Of a DNA stretch of 64,000 bases, positions 1 to 10,740 are shown one piece after another. Below the pieces are notes generated by a model. That model did not search any database and was not told the DNA's origin. It was given only the letters and a program-made list of their open reading frames with translations. The stretch spans positions 30,070,001 through 30,134,000 of the forward strand of contig NC_086101.1 of the NCBI RefSeq assembly GCF_963921235.1. The letters run 5' to 3'. Made by a program: the position numbers and the translations under genes. How positions within the stretch are numbered: the stretch's first letter is position 1; every line of letters begins with the position of its first letter. This DNA is from Mobula hypostoma (taxonomy: Eukaryota).

Positions 1-82
1 ATTCTCTTGCGGTTGTTAATTCTGTTGCCATCATGCTAGCTATTTACATTTTGCAGCACTTCAGATTGCACTACTATTTTTT

Positions 83-268
83 CACACATAAAAGTCGCTG
101 GTGAATGCAGCAGGCCAGGCAGCATCTCTAGGAAGAGGCGCAGTTGAAGTCTCGGCCCGAAACATCGACTGTACCTCTTCCTGGAGATGCTGCCTGGCCT
201 GCTGCATTCACCCACAACTTTCATGTGTGTTGCTTGAAATTCCAGCATCTGCAGATTTCCCCGTGTTT
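83..268. mobile_element. Fold-back of two Penelope-like 3' termini
   Basis: Arms 83-147 and 165-229 are inverted complements around a 17-nt loop. Same sequence as the termini of the 1102-2916 element. Confidence 0.8.
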
Positions 269-1198
269 ACTATTTTTTCACAATTTGGTTGTTTTCAACT
301 CATTTCTGTATTTATTGTTGTATTTAATATGATCCGGAACATCGTTTATTCTATGAGCATCATGCAAACAAACAATTTCTTTGCACTTTGATGTATATAG
401 GAGGCAGGGGTTAGTAACTAGACTGATAAGACTGATGATGTGGCAGTTGATATACAGGCAGATGCAGTGTGTAGTGAGACTGCAAGGAAAGGCAGATGAT
501 TGGGCATAATTGCAGTCAGTGGGATGAGTTGCAGTGTAACATGGTGACAAAATCAAAAAGTGTGATGAAGGCAGGACTGAGGGTGTTATATTTGAATGAA
601 CAGAGTATACAGAATAAGATAGATGGTCTTGTGCAGTTAGAGATTGGCAGGTATGAAGTTGTGGGCATCAAAGCATCATAACTGAAAGAAGATTATAGTT
701 GGGAGCTTAACATCCAAGAATACACATTGTGTAAGGGGACAGGCAGGGGTGGAGGTGGCTCTATCGGTAAAAAAATAAAATCAAATTCCAAGAGAAAGGT
801 AACAGAAGATCAGATGATTTAGAATCTGAATAGATAGAGTTCAGACAACAGAAAGAGTTAAAAGATGCTGATGGGAATTATATACAGGCCCCCAAACAGT
901 AACCTGGATGTGGGCTACAAATTACAATGGGAGAAAGAAAAGACATGTCAAAAAGACAATGTTCCAAAAGTCATGGCGATTTTGTTATGCAAGTAGATTG
1001 GGAAAATCAGATTGGTGCTGGATCTAACAGAAAGAATTCATAGAATACCCCTGAGGTGGCTTTTTAGTGCAGCTTATGCTGGAGCCCATAAGGGGAAAGG
1101 CTGTCAACAGGAATTCTGCAGATGCTGGAAATTCAAGCAACATACATCAAAGCTGCTGGTGAACGCAGCAGGCCAAGCAGCATCTATAGAAAGAGGTG

Positions 1199-1236
1199 CA
1201 GTCGACGTTTCAGGCCAAGACCCTTCGTCAGGACTA
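1199..1236 (-). ncRNA. Minimal type I hammerhead ribozyme (Penelope)
   Basis: Reverse complement reads TAGTC-CTGACGA-A-GGG tcttgg CCT-GAAAC-GTC-GACTG. Core intact; stem I TAGTC/GACTG. Confidence 0.75.
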
Positions 1237-2195
1237 ACTGAAGGAAGAGTGAGTAAGGGATTTGAAAGTTGGAGGGGGAGGGGGAGATGCAAAATGATAG
1301 GAGAAGACAGGAGGGGAGGGATAGAGCCGAGAGCTGGACAGGTGATAGGCAAAAGGGGATACGAGAGGATCATGGGACAGGAGGTCCGGGAAGAAAGACA
1401 AGGGGGGGGGTGACCCAGAGGATGGGCAAGAGTTATATTCAGAGGGACAGAGGGAGAAAAAGGAGAGTGAGAGAAAGAATGTGTGCATAAAAATGAGTAA
1501 CAGATGGGGTACGAGGGGGAGGTGGGGCCTTAGCGGAAGTTAGAGAAGTCAATGTTCATGCCATCAGGTTGGAGGCTACCCAGACGGAATATAAGGTGTT
1601 GTTCCTCCAACCTGAGTGTGGCTTCGTCTTTACAGTAGAGGAGGCCGTGGATAGACATGTCAGAATTGGAATGGGACGTGGAATTAAAATGTGTGGCCAC
1701 TGGGAGATCCTGCTTTCTCTGGCGGACAGAGCGTAGATGTTCAGCAAAGAGGTCTCCCAGTCTGCGTCGGGTCTCACCAATATATAAAAGGCCACATCGG
1801 GAGCACCGGATGCAGTATATCACCCCAGTCGACTCACAGGTGAAGTGATGCCTCACCTGGAAGGACTGTATGGGGCCCTGAATGGTGGTAAGGGAGGAAG
1901 TGTAAGGGCATGTGTAGCACTTGTTCTGCTTACACGGATAAGTGCCAGGAGGGAGATCAGTGGGGAGGGATGGATTCCACCTCCAACGGGATCCCACCAC
2001 TAAGCACATCTTTCCCTCCCCCCACCCTGCATTCCGCAGGGATCGCTCCCTACACAACTCCCTTGTCCATTCGTCCCCCCATCTCTCCCCACTGATCTCC
2101 CTCCTGGCACTTATCCGTGTAAGCAGAACAAGTGCTACACATGCCCTTACACTTCCTCCCTTACCACCATTCAGGGCCCCATTCAGTCCTTCCAG

Positions 2196-2522
2196 GTGAG
2201 GCATCACTTCACCTGTGAGTCGACTGGGGTGATATACTGCGTCCGGTGCTCCCGATGTGGCCTTTTATATATTGGTGAGACCCGACGCAGACTGGGAGAC
2301 CTCTTTGCTGAACATCTACGCTCTGTCCGCCAGAGAAAGCAGGATCTCCCAGTGGCCACACATTTTAATTCCACGTCCCATTCCCATTCTGACATGTCTA
2401 TCCACGGCCTCCTCTACTGTAAAGATGAAGCCACACTCAGGTTGGAGGAACAACACCTTATATTCCGTCTGGGTAGCCTCCAACCTGATGGCATGAACAT
2501 TGACTTCTCTAACTTCCGCTAA
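2196..2522 (+). pseudogene. Penelope GIY-YIG endonuclease domain (5'-truncated), mirrored at ~1530-1856 on the - strand
   Basis: HFTCESTGVIYCVRCSRCGLLYIGETRRRLGDLFAEHLRSV...VATHFN...GMN. The RT domain is absent. Confidence 0.85.
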
Positions 2523-2817
2523 GGCCCCACCTCCCCCTCGTACCCCATCTGTTACTCATTTTTATGCACACATTCTTTCTCTCACTCTCCTTTTTCTCCC
2601 TCTGTCCCTCTGAATATACCTCTTGCCCATCCTCTGGGTCACCTCCCCCCCCCGTCTTTCTTCCCAGACCTCCTGTCCCATGATCCTCTCGTATCCCCTT
2701 TTGCCTATCACCTGTCCAGCTCTCGGCTCTATCCCTCCCCCTCCTGTCTTCTCCTATCATTTTGCATCTCCCCCTCCCCCTCCAGCTTTCAAATCCCTTA
2801 CTCACTCTTCCTTCAGT

Positions 2818-2855
2818 TAGTCCTGACGAAGGGTCTCGGCCTGAAACGTCGACTG
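2818..2855 (+). ncRNA. Minimal type I hammerhead ribozyme (Penelope)
   Basis: TAGTC-CTGACGA-A-GGG tctcgg CCT-GAAAC-GTC-GACTG. Predicted cleavage after C2850 (GUC). Stem III is reduced to palindromic ACGT. Confidence 0.75.
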
Positions 2856-5420
2856 CACCTCTTCCTATAGATGCTGCTTGGCCTGCTGCGTTCACCAGCA
2901 ACTTTGATGTATGTTGAGGGGAAAGGCAGTTCCTGATTTGGTATTGTGCAATAAACCAGATTTGATGAAGGAGCTAAAGATAGGAAACCCTAGAAGGCAG
3001 TGACCTAATACATTCAATGATCTAAAAAGACATTTGTATAGGTACATAAATGTAAGGAAGTTGGAGGGATATTGACATTGTGTAGGTAGAAGGGATAAAC
3101 ATTTGGATGTTTTTGATTTGCTTTTTTGCTGGGTGGCCAACCCTGTGGACTGAATGCTCTGTAATATGACATAATTCACCCTGCAATTTGAGAGGGAGAA
3201 GCTAAAGCCAGACATATCATTATTAACGTGGAGTAAAGGTAGTTATAAAGGCATGAGAGAGGAGCTGGCCAAAGTTGATTGGAAGGAGACACTGGCAGGG
3301 ATGATGGCAGGACAGCAATGGCTGGAGATTCTGGGAGCAACTCAGAAAGCACAGGATAGATACATCCCAATGAAGAAGAAGCATTCAAATGTCAGGATGA
3401 CACCACGATGGCTGAGAAGGAAGTCAAAGACAATACATAAACAAAAGAGAGGGCATGCCATAGAGAAAAAAGTTAGTAGGAAGTTAGAGGATTGGGACAC
3501 TTTTAAAAACCAACAGAACTAAAAAGCCATAAGGAGGGGAAGGTGAAATATGAAGCTAGCCAATAATATCAAAGTTCTGTTGAAACTTTTTGTTCAGATA
3601 TATAAGGAGTAAATGAAGGGCAAGAGTAGATATTGGACCACTGGAGAATGATCTTAGAGAAGTATTAAGGAAATGATTGATTAACTAAATAAGTACGTTG
3701 CATCAATTTTCTCTTTGGAAGATAATAGCATTGTGCTGGAAGCTCAAGAGTGTAGGGGTAGAAGTGAGTGCTGTTGCTCTTACTAGGGAGAAGGTACCTG
3801 GGAATCTGAAAAGTCATAAGGTTGGTAAGGCAGCTGGACCAGATGGACCCCAGCAGTCTGAAAGTGGTAGCTGAAAAGACTGTGGAGGCATTAGAAAAAA
3901 ACTTTCAAGAATCACCAGATTCTGACATGGCTCCAGTGGAATGGAAATTTACAAATACCACTCTACTTTTAAAAGGGAGGGAGGCAGCAGAAAGGAAATT
4001 CTAGGTCAGTTAGCCTGACCTCAGTGGCTGGGAAAATGTTGGTGCCAATTGTTAAGGATGAGGTGTTTGGGTACTTAGAGACACATGATAAAATAGGCTG
4101 AAGTTAGCAAGGTTTCCTTCAGTGGAACTCCTGCCTGAATAATCTGCTGGAATTCTTGCAGGAAATAACAAACGGGATAGACAAAGGAGAATTGGTGGAG
4201 GGTGCATACTTGGATTTTCGGAAGGCATTTAACAAAATTCTGCATCTGATGCTATTTAACAAGATGAGGTATTACAGGAAGGACACTTGCATGGATAGAG
4301 CATTGTCTGAATGGCAGGAGAGGAAGACTGGGAATAATGGGAGCCTTTTCTTGTTGGTTGGTCATGATTAGTGGTGTTCTGCATGGGTCGATGTTAGGAC
4401 TGCTTCCTTTTATGTTATATTTCAATGAGCTAGATGATGAATTTGATGATTCTATGGTCAGGTTTGTAGACAACATGAAGCTTGGTGAAGAGGCACATAG
4501 GGTTGAGGAAGCAGGGATGCTGCAGAGGAACATAGGCAGATTAGGAGAATGGGCAATGCAACGGCAGATGGAATATAGTTTCTGGAAATGTATGTATATG
4601 CACCTTGAGAGAAGGAATAAAAGCAAAGACTGTTTTATAAATGAGGAGAAAATTCAAAAATCTGAGGCCCAAAGAGACTTGGGAGTTGCTTGGTTAGGAT
4701 TCTCTACAGGATGACTTATAGTATGAGTCAGTGTTGAGAAAGGCAAATGAAATGTTTACATTCATTTCAAGAGGACTGGGATATAAAAGCAAGGATGTAA
4801 TGGTGAGGCCGCCTAGAGTATTGTGAGCAGTTTTATGCCCCTTATCTAAGAAAGGATGAACTATCATTGGAGAGGGTTCAGAGGAGGTTCACAAGAATTA
4901 TCTTGGGTTTGAAAGGGTTATTGTTTGAGAAAAGATTGATGGTTTGGGTCATGTACTCACCGGAATTTTGAAAAATGAGGGAGGATCTCATTGAGACCTA
5001 TTGCATGTTGAAAGGCTTGGATAGAGTCAATGTGGAGAGGATGTGTCCTATAGTAGCACTAGAGGCATGGGCTCAGAATTGAGGTAATTCCATTTAAAAT
5101 GAAGTTGAGGAGAAATTTCTGTAGCAGAGGGTGGCAAATCAGTGCAATTCATTACCATAGGTGGCTGTGGAGGGCAGGTCATTGGGTGCACTTAAAGCAG
5201 AGGTTTATAGGTTCTTTATTTGTCAGAGTGTGAAAGTTTATGGGAAGAAGGCAGGAGAATGTGGTTGAAAGGAAAATGGACCAACCATGATGAAATGGTG
5301 AATCAGACTTGATGGGCTGAATGGCCTAATTCCACTCCTTTGTCTTATGGTTTTAAATGATAATAAGCCTATCAGAATCTGAATCTGCCCAGTAATCAGT
5401 ATAAGGATCATTGAGAAATC

Positions 5421-6125
5421 CATGTAATGAGGGTGAGGCAGTGTTGGATGATATCTACACTTTTACACCTTGATAAAATTTTAACCTGAGCTCCTGTCTG
5501 TCCTCTCATCTGACAGAAAGATGCCATGACACTACATCAAAGAATAACAGGGAAATTCCTTGCAACATCCTGATTCATAAATATTTCTCAAGCAGTACTC
5601 AAAAGAAGATATATTCCTGTTAATCCCAAAACTCTGTTTGTAGAACTGATGGCATTGTGCCTGGCTAAATATTTACACTTCTTTGTCTTTAAAGTGTAAA
5701 GCACTTCTTTGTCTTTAACGTACTGTGGGAAGAGTAGCTGAGATGAATGTTGTTCTGTAAATGCCAGTGTAAACTCGGATCATGTACTGAGGGTGAGGCA
5801 GTATTGGCTGATATCTACACTTTTACACCTGGATAAAATTTTAACCTGAGCTCCCGTCTGTCCTCTCATCTGACAGAAAGATGCCATGATGCTACATCAA
5901 AGAATAACAAGGAAATTCTTTGTAACATCTTGATTCATAAATATTTCTCAAGCAGTACTCGAAGGAAGATATTCCTGTTAATCACAAAGCTCCGTTTGTA
6001 GAATTGATGGCATTGTGCTTGGCAAAGTAATTACACTTGGTAAAGCACTTCTTCGTCTTTAAAGTGCTCTGGGAAGAGTAGTTGACACGAATGTTGTTCT
6101 GTAAATTCCAGTGTAAATTTGGATC
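5421..6125 (+). repeat. Tandem duplication (units 5421-5780 and 5781-6125), probably a decayed Deu-domain SINE
   Basis: Both units start CATGTA(A/C)TGAGGGTGAGGCAGT and end GTGTAAA..GGATC, with a 360-bp period. The core (AACCTGAGCTCCTGTCTGTCCTCTCA...AAAGATGCCATGACACTA) resembles the SacSINE1/AmnSINE1 Deu domain as I recall it; not searched. Confidence 0.8.
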
Positions 6126-6250
6126 CTCAGACTCCATTGACTGGTAATTAGTGACCAGAACAATCCCTTTCATTCCCATTGGATGCGGTTATCAGGTTTG
6201 CTATACACCCGGACCAATAAGTAGCTCCACGCCAGAGTTCTGTTAAAATG
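6121..6250 (+). promoter_or_regulatory. Proximal promoter of the class I-like gene (X2/Y/CCAAT/TATA-like layout)
   Basis: TGAC 6152-6155, inverted CCAAT (ATTGG) 6178-6182, CCAAT 6214-6218 and TTAAAA 6243-6248, with ATG at 6321. The order matches the vertebrate class I promoter. Confidence 0.6.
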
Positions 6251-6320
6251 CACACGAGATCAAGTTACTGTTACTGCTGTTAGTCACCTGGTTAATTAAT
6301 GCCCTGACCTCATTTAAAGC

Positions 6321-6372
6321 ATGCTGCTTTTTACTTTACTGAACATTCACTGTGTAGCCACAGTCTCTTCCG
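6321..6372 (+). CDS. MHC class I-like gene, exon 1 (signal peptide MLLFTLLNIHCVATVSS)
   Basis: ATG at 6321 (AAGCATGC) opens 17 codons of a hydrophobic leader ending VSS. Then G|GTAAGT, a perfect phase-1 donor. G+AT joins exon 2 as Asp. Lies ~70 bp downstream of CCAAT/TATA-like motifs. Confidence 0.85.
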
Positions 6373-8389
6373 GTAAGTAACTTAACTTCTTTAAAGGAAC
6401 CACTAAGATTTATTACATTTGCAAATTTAATATATTGTTGAGCAGTCCCTTGGTTTTTACTGGGTCACTGTCTTAAGTGTATGAATGCTTGAGAGAAACA
6501 GCGATCCCTGTGCTGCAGTAAAGACCTTGTGAGAAGTTGTATTACAGATATTTTTGTATTACATTGAGGAACAGAAAAGAATACAATGTAAGTTGCAACA
6601 CAAGTACAATAGAATACCATTTCCAGTTAAGGTGGCTCTATCGAACATGTGTGACAGTTCACTGGTAGTTGAAAAGGCAATAAATTTGACTAAAAACATC
6701 TAAGAACATCGTTTCTGAGGTAAATAGTGTTAAATTATTGCTGCAAACAGTCAGCAGGCAGGTGATGACAAGGCAAGATCTGGGGATGAGCTGAGAAAGT
6801 ACGTTGCAGAATCGATGTAGATGCAGTGAGCCAGCCATTTGGACAGGAGACGCTGGGACAGTGGAATTCTGATGCTCGTACAGCGGCCCAGGTGCCATTT
6901 TGGATTGTTCTGGGTGCTGAGTCGAGTGAGAGCCAATTTCATTCATTCTTGCAATGTTCACTCTATTCTCCACTCCGCTCTACGCTGGAGCCTTTTGCTC
7001 TTCCATTATTGGGTCAATTTAAATGTCGGCCCAGAAAAACTGAAAACACAGGGTGTCAGGATCTGAGGCAACAACCTATTTCACCCACTCATCACTATGG
7101 TCACTCCTTTCTTCATGGTGCTGCGGCTACAAAGAATGCCCCGGCTGCTGTGCTCCAAGCCCACTAATATGATAAACTGATAAGCTAGGCCTTGGGCCTA
7201 CTCCGGGATACCCTGGGGTTCAGATTTAAGAACTCAATTGGTTCAGAATATTGTCGTTTGGTTAAATTGTTTGCATGATTTGTGTTCTGATTTCCTTTCT
7301 CTTTTGCAATAGGGTTGGTCTTTTTTTTCATTTGAGTTCTTGCAGATTTCCTGCTTTGAGGTTCCATGTAAGCAAACAAATCTCAAGGCAGTATAATTTA
7401 TACATTCTTTAATAATAAATGTACCTTGAATCTTAAGAGTGGAATGGGTACTTTCCATAATGAAGCAATTTCTTCATTAATATATATTCCACTTCACAGG
7501 GTTCTCATTGGCTGAAATTTAACAATGGAACAATGTTGAAAATCAGCCTGTATTAACTGATCAATATGCGCAGCTGTTAAAAATGTTGACATCTTATTCT
7601 AGTTGATGTACTCTTCCTCTCTATTGCACTACCATTGATCGCCAGAGAACAAAAATATATTTCATTATTCTCAGTACACCAGCTGGATACTATCTGTTGC
7701 AGTCTTTAGTCTTACACCTTCATTCTGTCGACGTGTATTGCCTCTTTTGGAGAGCTAGCAATGTGCACCAGAACATCTCTCTCATTTACTGTATGTTTTC
7801 CACTTGAATTTGCTCTCCCAAATGTTTGTCTCCTCACACATGCCTGGATTAAGAATGCTAATGTTCTACCCCAATCTGCTCTCTGTTGCAGCATGACCAT
7901 TGCATTCTTTCTCTCTGTGCAATACATCAACAAAACTCCTTTTCTCTGATTTTCTTACATCTTAAACATTTCCTTCAGGCTTCCGCTGTTAATGGGGAAC
8001 TGAGTGATCCTCCTGTAGAGTAAACTGAGAGTGTGTCATGTCAAATGCTGTGGATTACAGTTACCTCCAAGGTACAAGCAACACACAATTAAACCCTTTG
8101 AGTCTATTCTACCATTAAACTGAACAGCTCCATCTACCATTTTGGCACTAGACCATTACATACTTAAATAGGAGAAAGCTATCGATTTCAATCTTAAAAT
8201 TTTCAATCGGTGCCCAGCTTTTACAGGTATTTTCCTGTAGAGAAATTTACAGATTTCCATTAGCTGCTTGTGTGACTAAGTGCTTCTGACCATTGCCCTT
8301 TCATGTTGTTTCTAATTTATAACTGGTTTTCTCTAATTTAGAACTTTCCCTAAGTTCTCCTTCTTTCAAACATCTTTGACAACAGTTTT

Positions 8390-8910
8390 TGACACCATGT
8401 CTCAAAAAGGATATGTTGTCATTGGTGAGAGTCCAGAAGAGATTAATAGGGATGATTCCTGGAATGAAAGGATTAACATATGAAGAGTGTTTGCCAGCTT
8501 TGTCCCTGTACTCACTGGAATTTAACAGTATGTGGGGGGGATCTCTTTGGAACCTACCGAAAATTGAAAGGTCTAGATAGGATGGATGTGGAGAGCACAT
8601 TCCCTGTGGTAGGGATATCCTGAACTAGAGGGCACAGCCTCAAAACTGAGTGGTGGTCTTTCAGAACAGAGGCAAGGAGGATATTTTTTTAGCCAGACGG
8701 TAGGGAATCGCTGGAATGCTCTGCCACAAGCTGCGGTGGAGGCCAATTCCATGGTGTATTTAAGGCAGAAGTTGATTATTTCCTGATCGGTCAGGGCATC
8801 AAAGGATATGGCAAGAAGTCAAGTGTATGGGGTTGACTGGGATCTGAGAGCAGCCATGATGGATGGCGAAGCAGACTCAATAGGCTGAATGGTCTAATTT
8901 TCCTCCTATG
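8390..8910 (+). mobile_element. CR1 3' fragment
   Basis: LVRVQKRLIGMIPGMKGLTYEE.L..L.LYSLEF plus the CR1 3' UTR ending CCTATGTC. Confidence 0.85.
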
Positions 8911-9411
8911 TCATACGAACTTTTGGTATTATTGTTTGGTGATTATTAACCTGTAATTAGAAGTTTGTTCTCAAACTTTTGTGGAATAAAATTAAATATA
9001 ATGATGTTTCTAGTGTTGAAGTAATAATTCCCTATGGGAAAAAGAACATCTCCTTAGCTGGGGATTGCTTCAGAAAATCACTTAGAAAGTTGCTGTCTCC
9101 CACTCTGAGCCTTGTCTGGAGAATTACGGTTGAGAATTTTCAACGTGGATTGCTGGAGTAGAGAAGGTATCCTGGCCTTGTATGCAGACATCCTTCCATT
9201 GAAATAAGTGTTCCTGATTTCCAACGCTCTTTCAGCCAGTATAACTGCAAAGTTTACACTCTGCAATTACTAACTAACCTGATCATGGGGGGAGGTGTTG
9301 ATTTTCTTTGGCTTCCAAAACCCTTTATTGTTGATAAAATGTCAAGTATCCCAACATTAGACTACCCAGCTGTGGAAATCCTAAAGACACCTCTTCCATA
9401 GCATAAATAGC

Positions 9412-9620
9412 ACAGTGGTACAGTCCGTAAAAATGATGCGTCATTGGTCAAATGTTCCAGCTTCAATCTGAAATTCCAGGACTCTCCCTTTGCAGTTTCC
9501 ATGTTGTCTTTGTGATCACATAGGTTTCCTTTGAATGTCCTTGTCCCCTCCCACAGCCAAAAGGTGTGCAGATTACGATGTGAATTGACTGCTGTGATTT
9601 TGCCCCAGTGGGAGTTAATG
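9412..9620 (+). mobile_element. Decayed tRNA-derived V-SINE/HE1-like SINE
   Basis: GCACAGTGGT head and TTTGCAGTTTCCATGTTGTCTTTGTGATCACATAGGTTTCC...CTCCCACAGCCAAAAG central block, resembling the V domain as recalled. Confidence 0.5.
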
Positions 9621-9758
9621 GCAGAATGGAGAGACTGAAATAATTTAGAGAAAAATCAATCTAAGTAGGTGCTTGATGGTTGGCTGAGATTTGCTGGACT
9701 GAATAGCCTGTATGCATGTTATATCTCTCTTTGATTCTATAATGCCTCCTAAATATCA

Positions 9759-9825
9759 CAGTACTGTGAAAAAGTCTTATTCACTTATATATAGCTGGGG
9801 TGCCTAAGGCTTCTGCACAGTAGTG
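9759..9825. mobile_element. 67-bp palindromic Tc1/mariner-type mini-element
   Basis: CAGTACTGTGAAAAAGTCTTA ... TAAGGCTTCTGCACAGTAGTG inverted termini followed by TA. A right half recurs at ~14637-14655. Confidence 0.55.
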
Positions 9826-10329
9826 TAGTAATTTTATGTATTGTAGTCTACTGTGGCCACACAAAAAAATTCATGACTTATGTGAGTGATGATAAACCTG
9901 ATTCTGATATGGGTCTCTATTGTGGACTGTGAGTGGGAAGGGAGCAGGGAGAGGGGATTCATGGCTGGGTAAATGTGAAGGGAGAGGAGAGGGAGCAGGA
10001 AGCACCAGAGAGACATTCTGTAGTGACCAATATACCAGATGTTTGGAATACAATGTACTTGCCTGGTGTCTCAAAGCTGGACGAGTCTGCACCTGCACCA
10101 CCCCCACCACAACCTCTGGCATCCCTTCCGTGCCCCCTGTCACACGCATTCCACAGTGCTCCACCCTTGCCATTCCCAACATCTTTTCTTCCCACCATAT
10201 TTACAAACCTGTTATCTGCTCCACATTGACAAATACTGTACATAAATCTTAAGCATCCTAGCTATCTATCTATGGTTGTTGTGATGCATCTAGTGTGGTA
10301 GTGTTGTGGGTATTGTTCGTCACTCTCAC

Positions 10330-10735
10330 TTACAGTTTCCACCACTGGTTAGCAGTCTTGCGAAAAAGAGAGTGGAATGTGTAAGTCACTCCCTGCCTGT
10401 ACATAGCCTCATGTTGTGCCTCCTCACTGGTGACACACGGGAAATGAACTTCGTTCAGACTCAGGCTGAACCACAGAGAACGGAGAGCAGGTCCAACCCC
10501 TGTACATGTTGCACGCAGGCCCAGTGGTGTCTGGACACACCTTGGTGCTCGTGAAACACATCTCCAGCTAAGGGTAAAGAGCCCCACTGCCTTGTGGGCA
10601 GCCTTGGGAGAGATGAAGGCTACGGGAGTAAACTCAGACAACAAATCCGGAGTGGAGCTCTTAAGGTGGATGGACGTCATTGAACGTTCTTCTGGCAGCT
10701 CCTGCAGCCAAGCTGGTGTCAAACGTATTGACCAT
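10330..10735 (+). mobile_element. RTE-like LINE 5' region fragment
   Basis: GGAGTAAACTCAGACAACAAATCCGGAGTGGAG...GGCAGCTCCTGCAGCCAAGCTGGT. A related block lies on the - strand at ~20415-20700. Family call from recall. Confidence 0.4.
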
Positions 10736-10740
10736 AATAA

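Larger units (their letters stand above)
1102..2916. mobile_element. Penelope-like element with inverted arms and 11-bp TSD
   Basis: TSD AGGGGAAAGGC at 1091-1101 and 2917-2927. Arms ~1138-1973 (-) and ~2079-2916 (+) each encode a GIY-YIG C-terminus (GVIYC...LYIGET.R...R.AEH...N). Confidence 0.92.
390..5355 (+). mobile_element. Decayed CR1 LINE (APE, RT, 3' end) interrupted by a Penelope insertion
   Basis: LRVLYLNEQSIQNK (APE start), YLDFRKAFNK and GVLHGSMLGLLPFMLYFNELD (RT), and a CR1 3' UTR ending CCTTTGTCTTATGG. Many stops and frameshifts. Confidence 0.9.

Noticed and set aside
1530-2207. 225-aa ORF that looks like a novel fusion protein
   Set aside because: It reads across the Penelope inversion junction: antisense sequence joined to the GIY-YIG frame.
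8283-8910. Antisense plus sense CR1 pieces resembling a second twin-primed copy
   Set aside because: The antisense piece comes from the APE-RT linker, not adjacent to the sense piece in the element.
9078-9266. ORF SVNFAVILAERALEIRNTYF on the - strand within intron 1
   Set aside because: No homology recognised and no linked exons.
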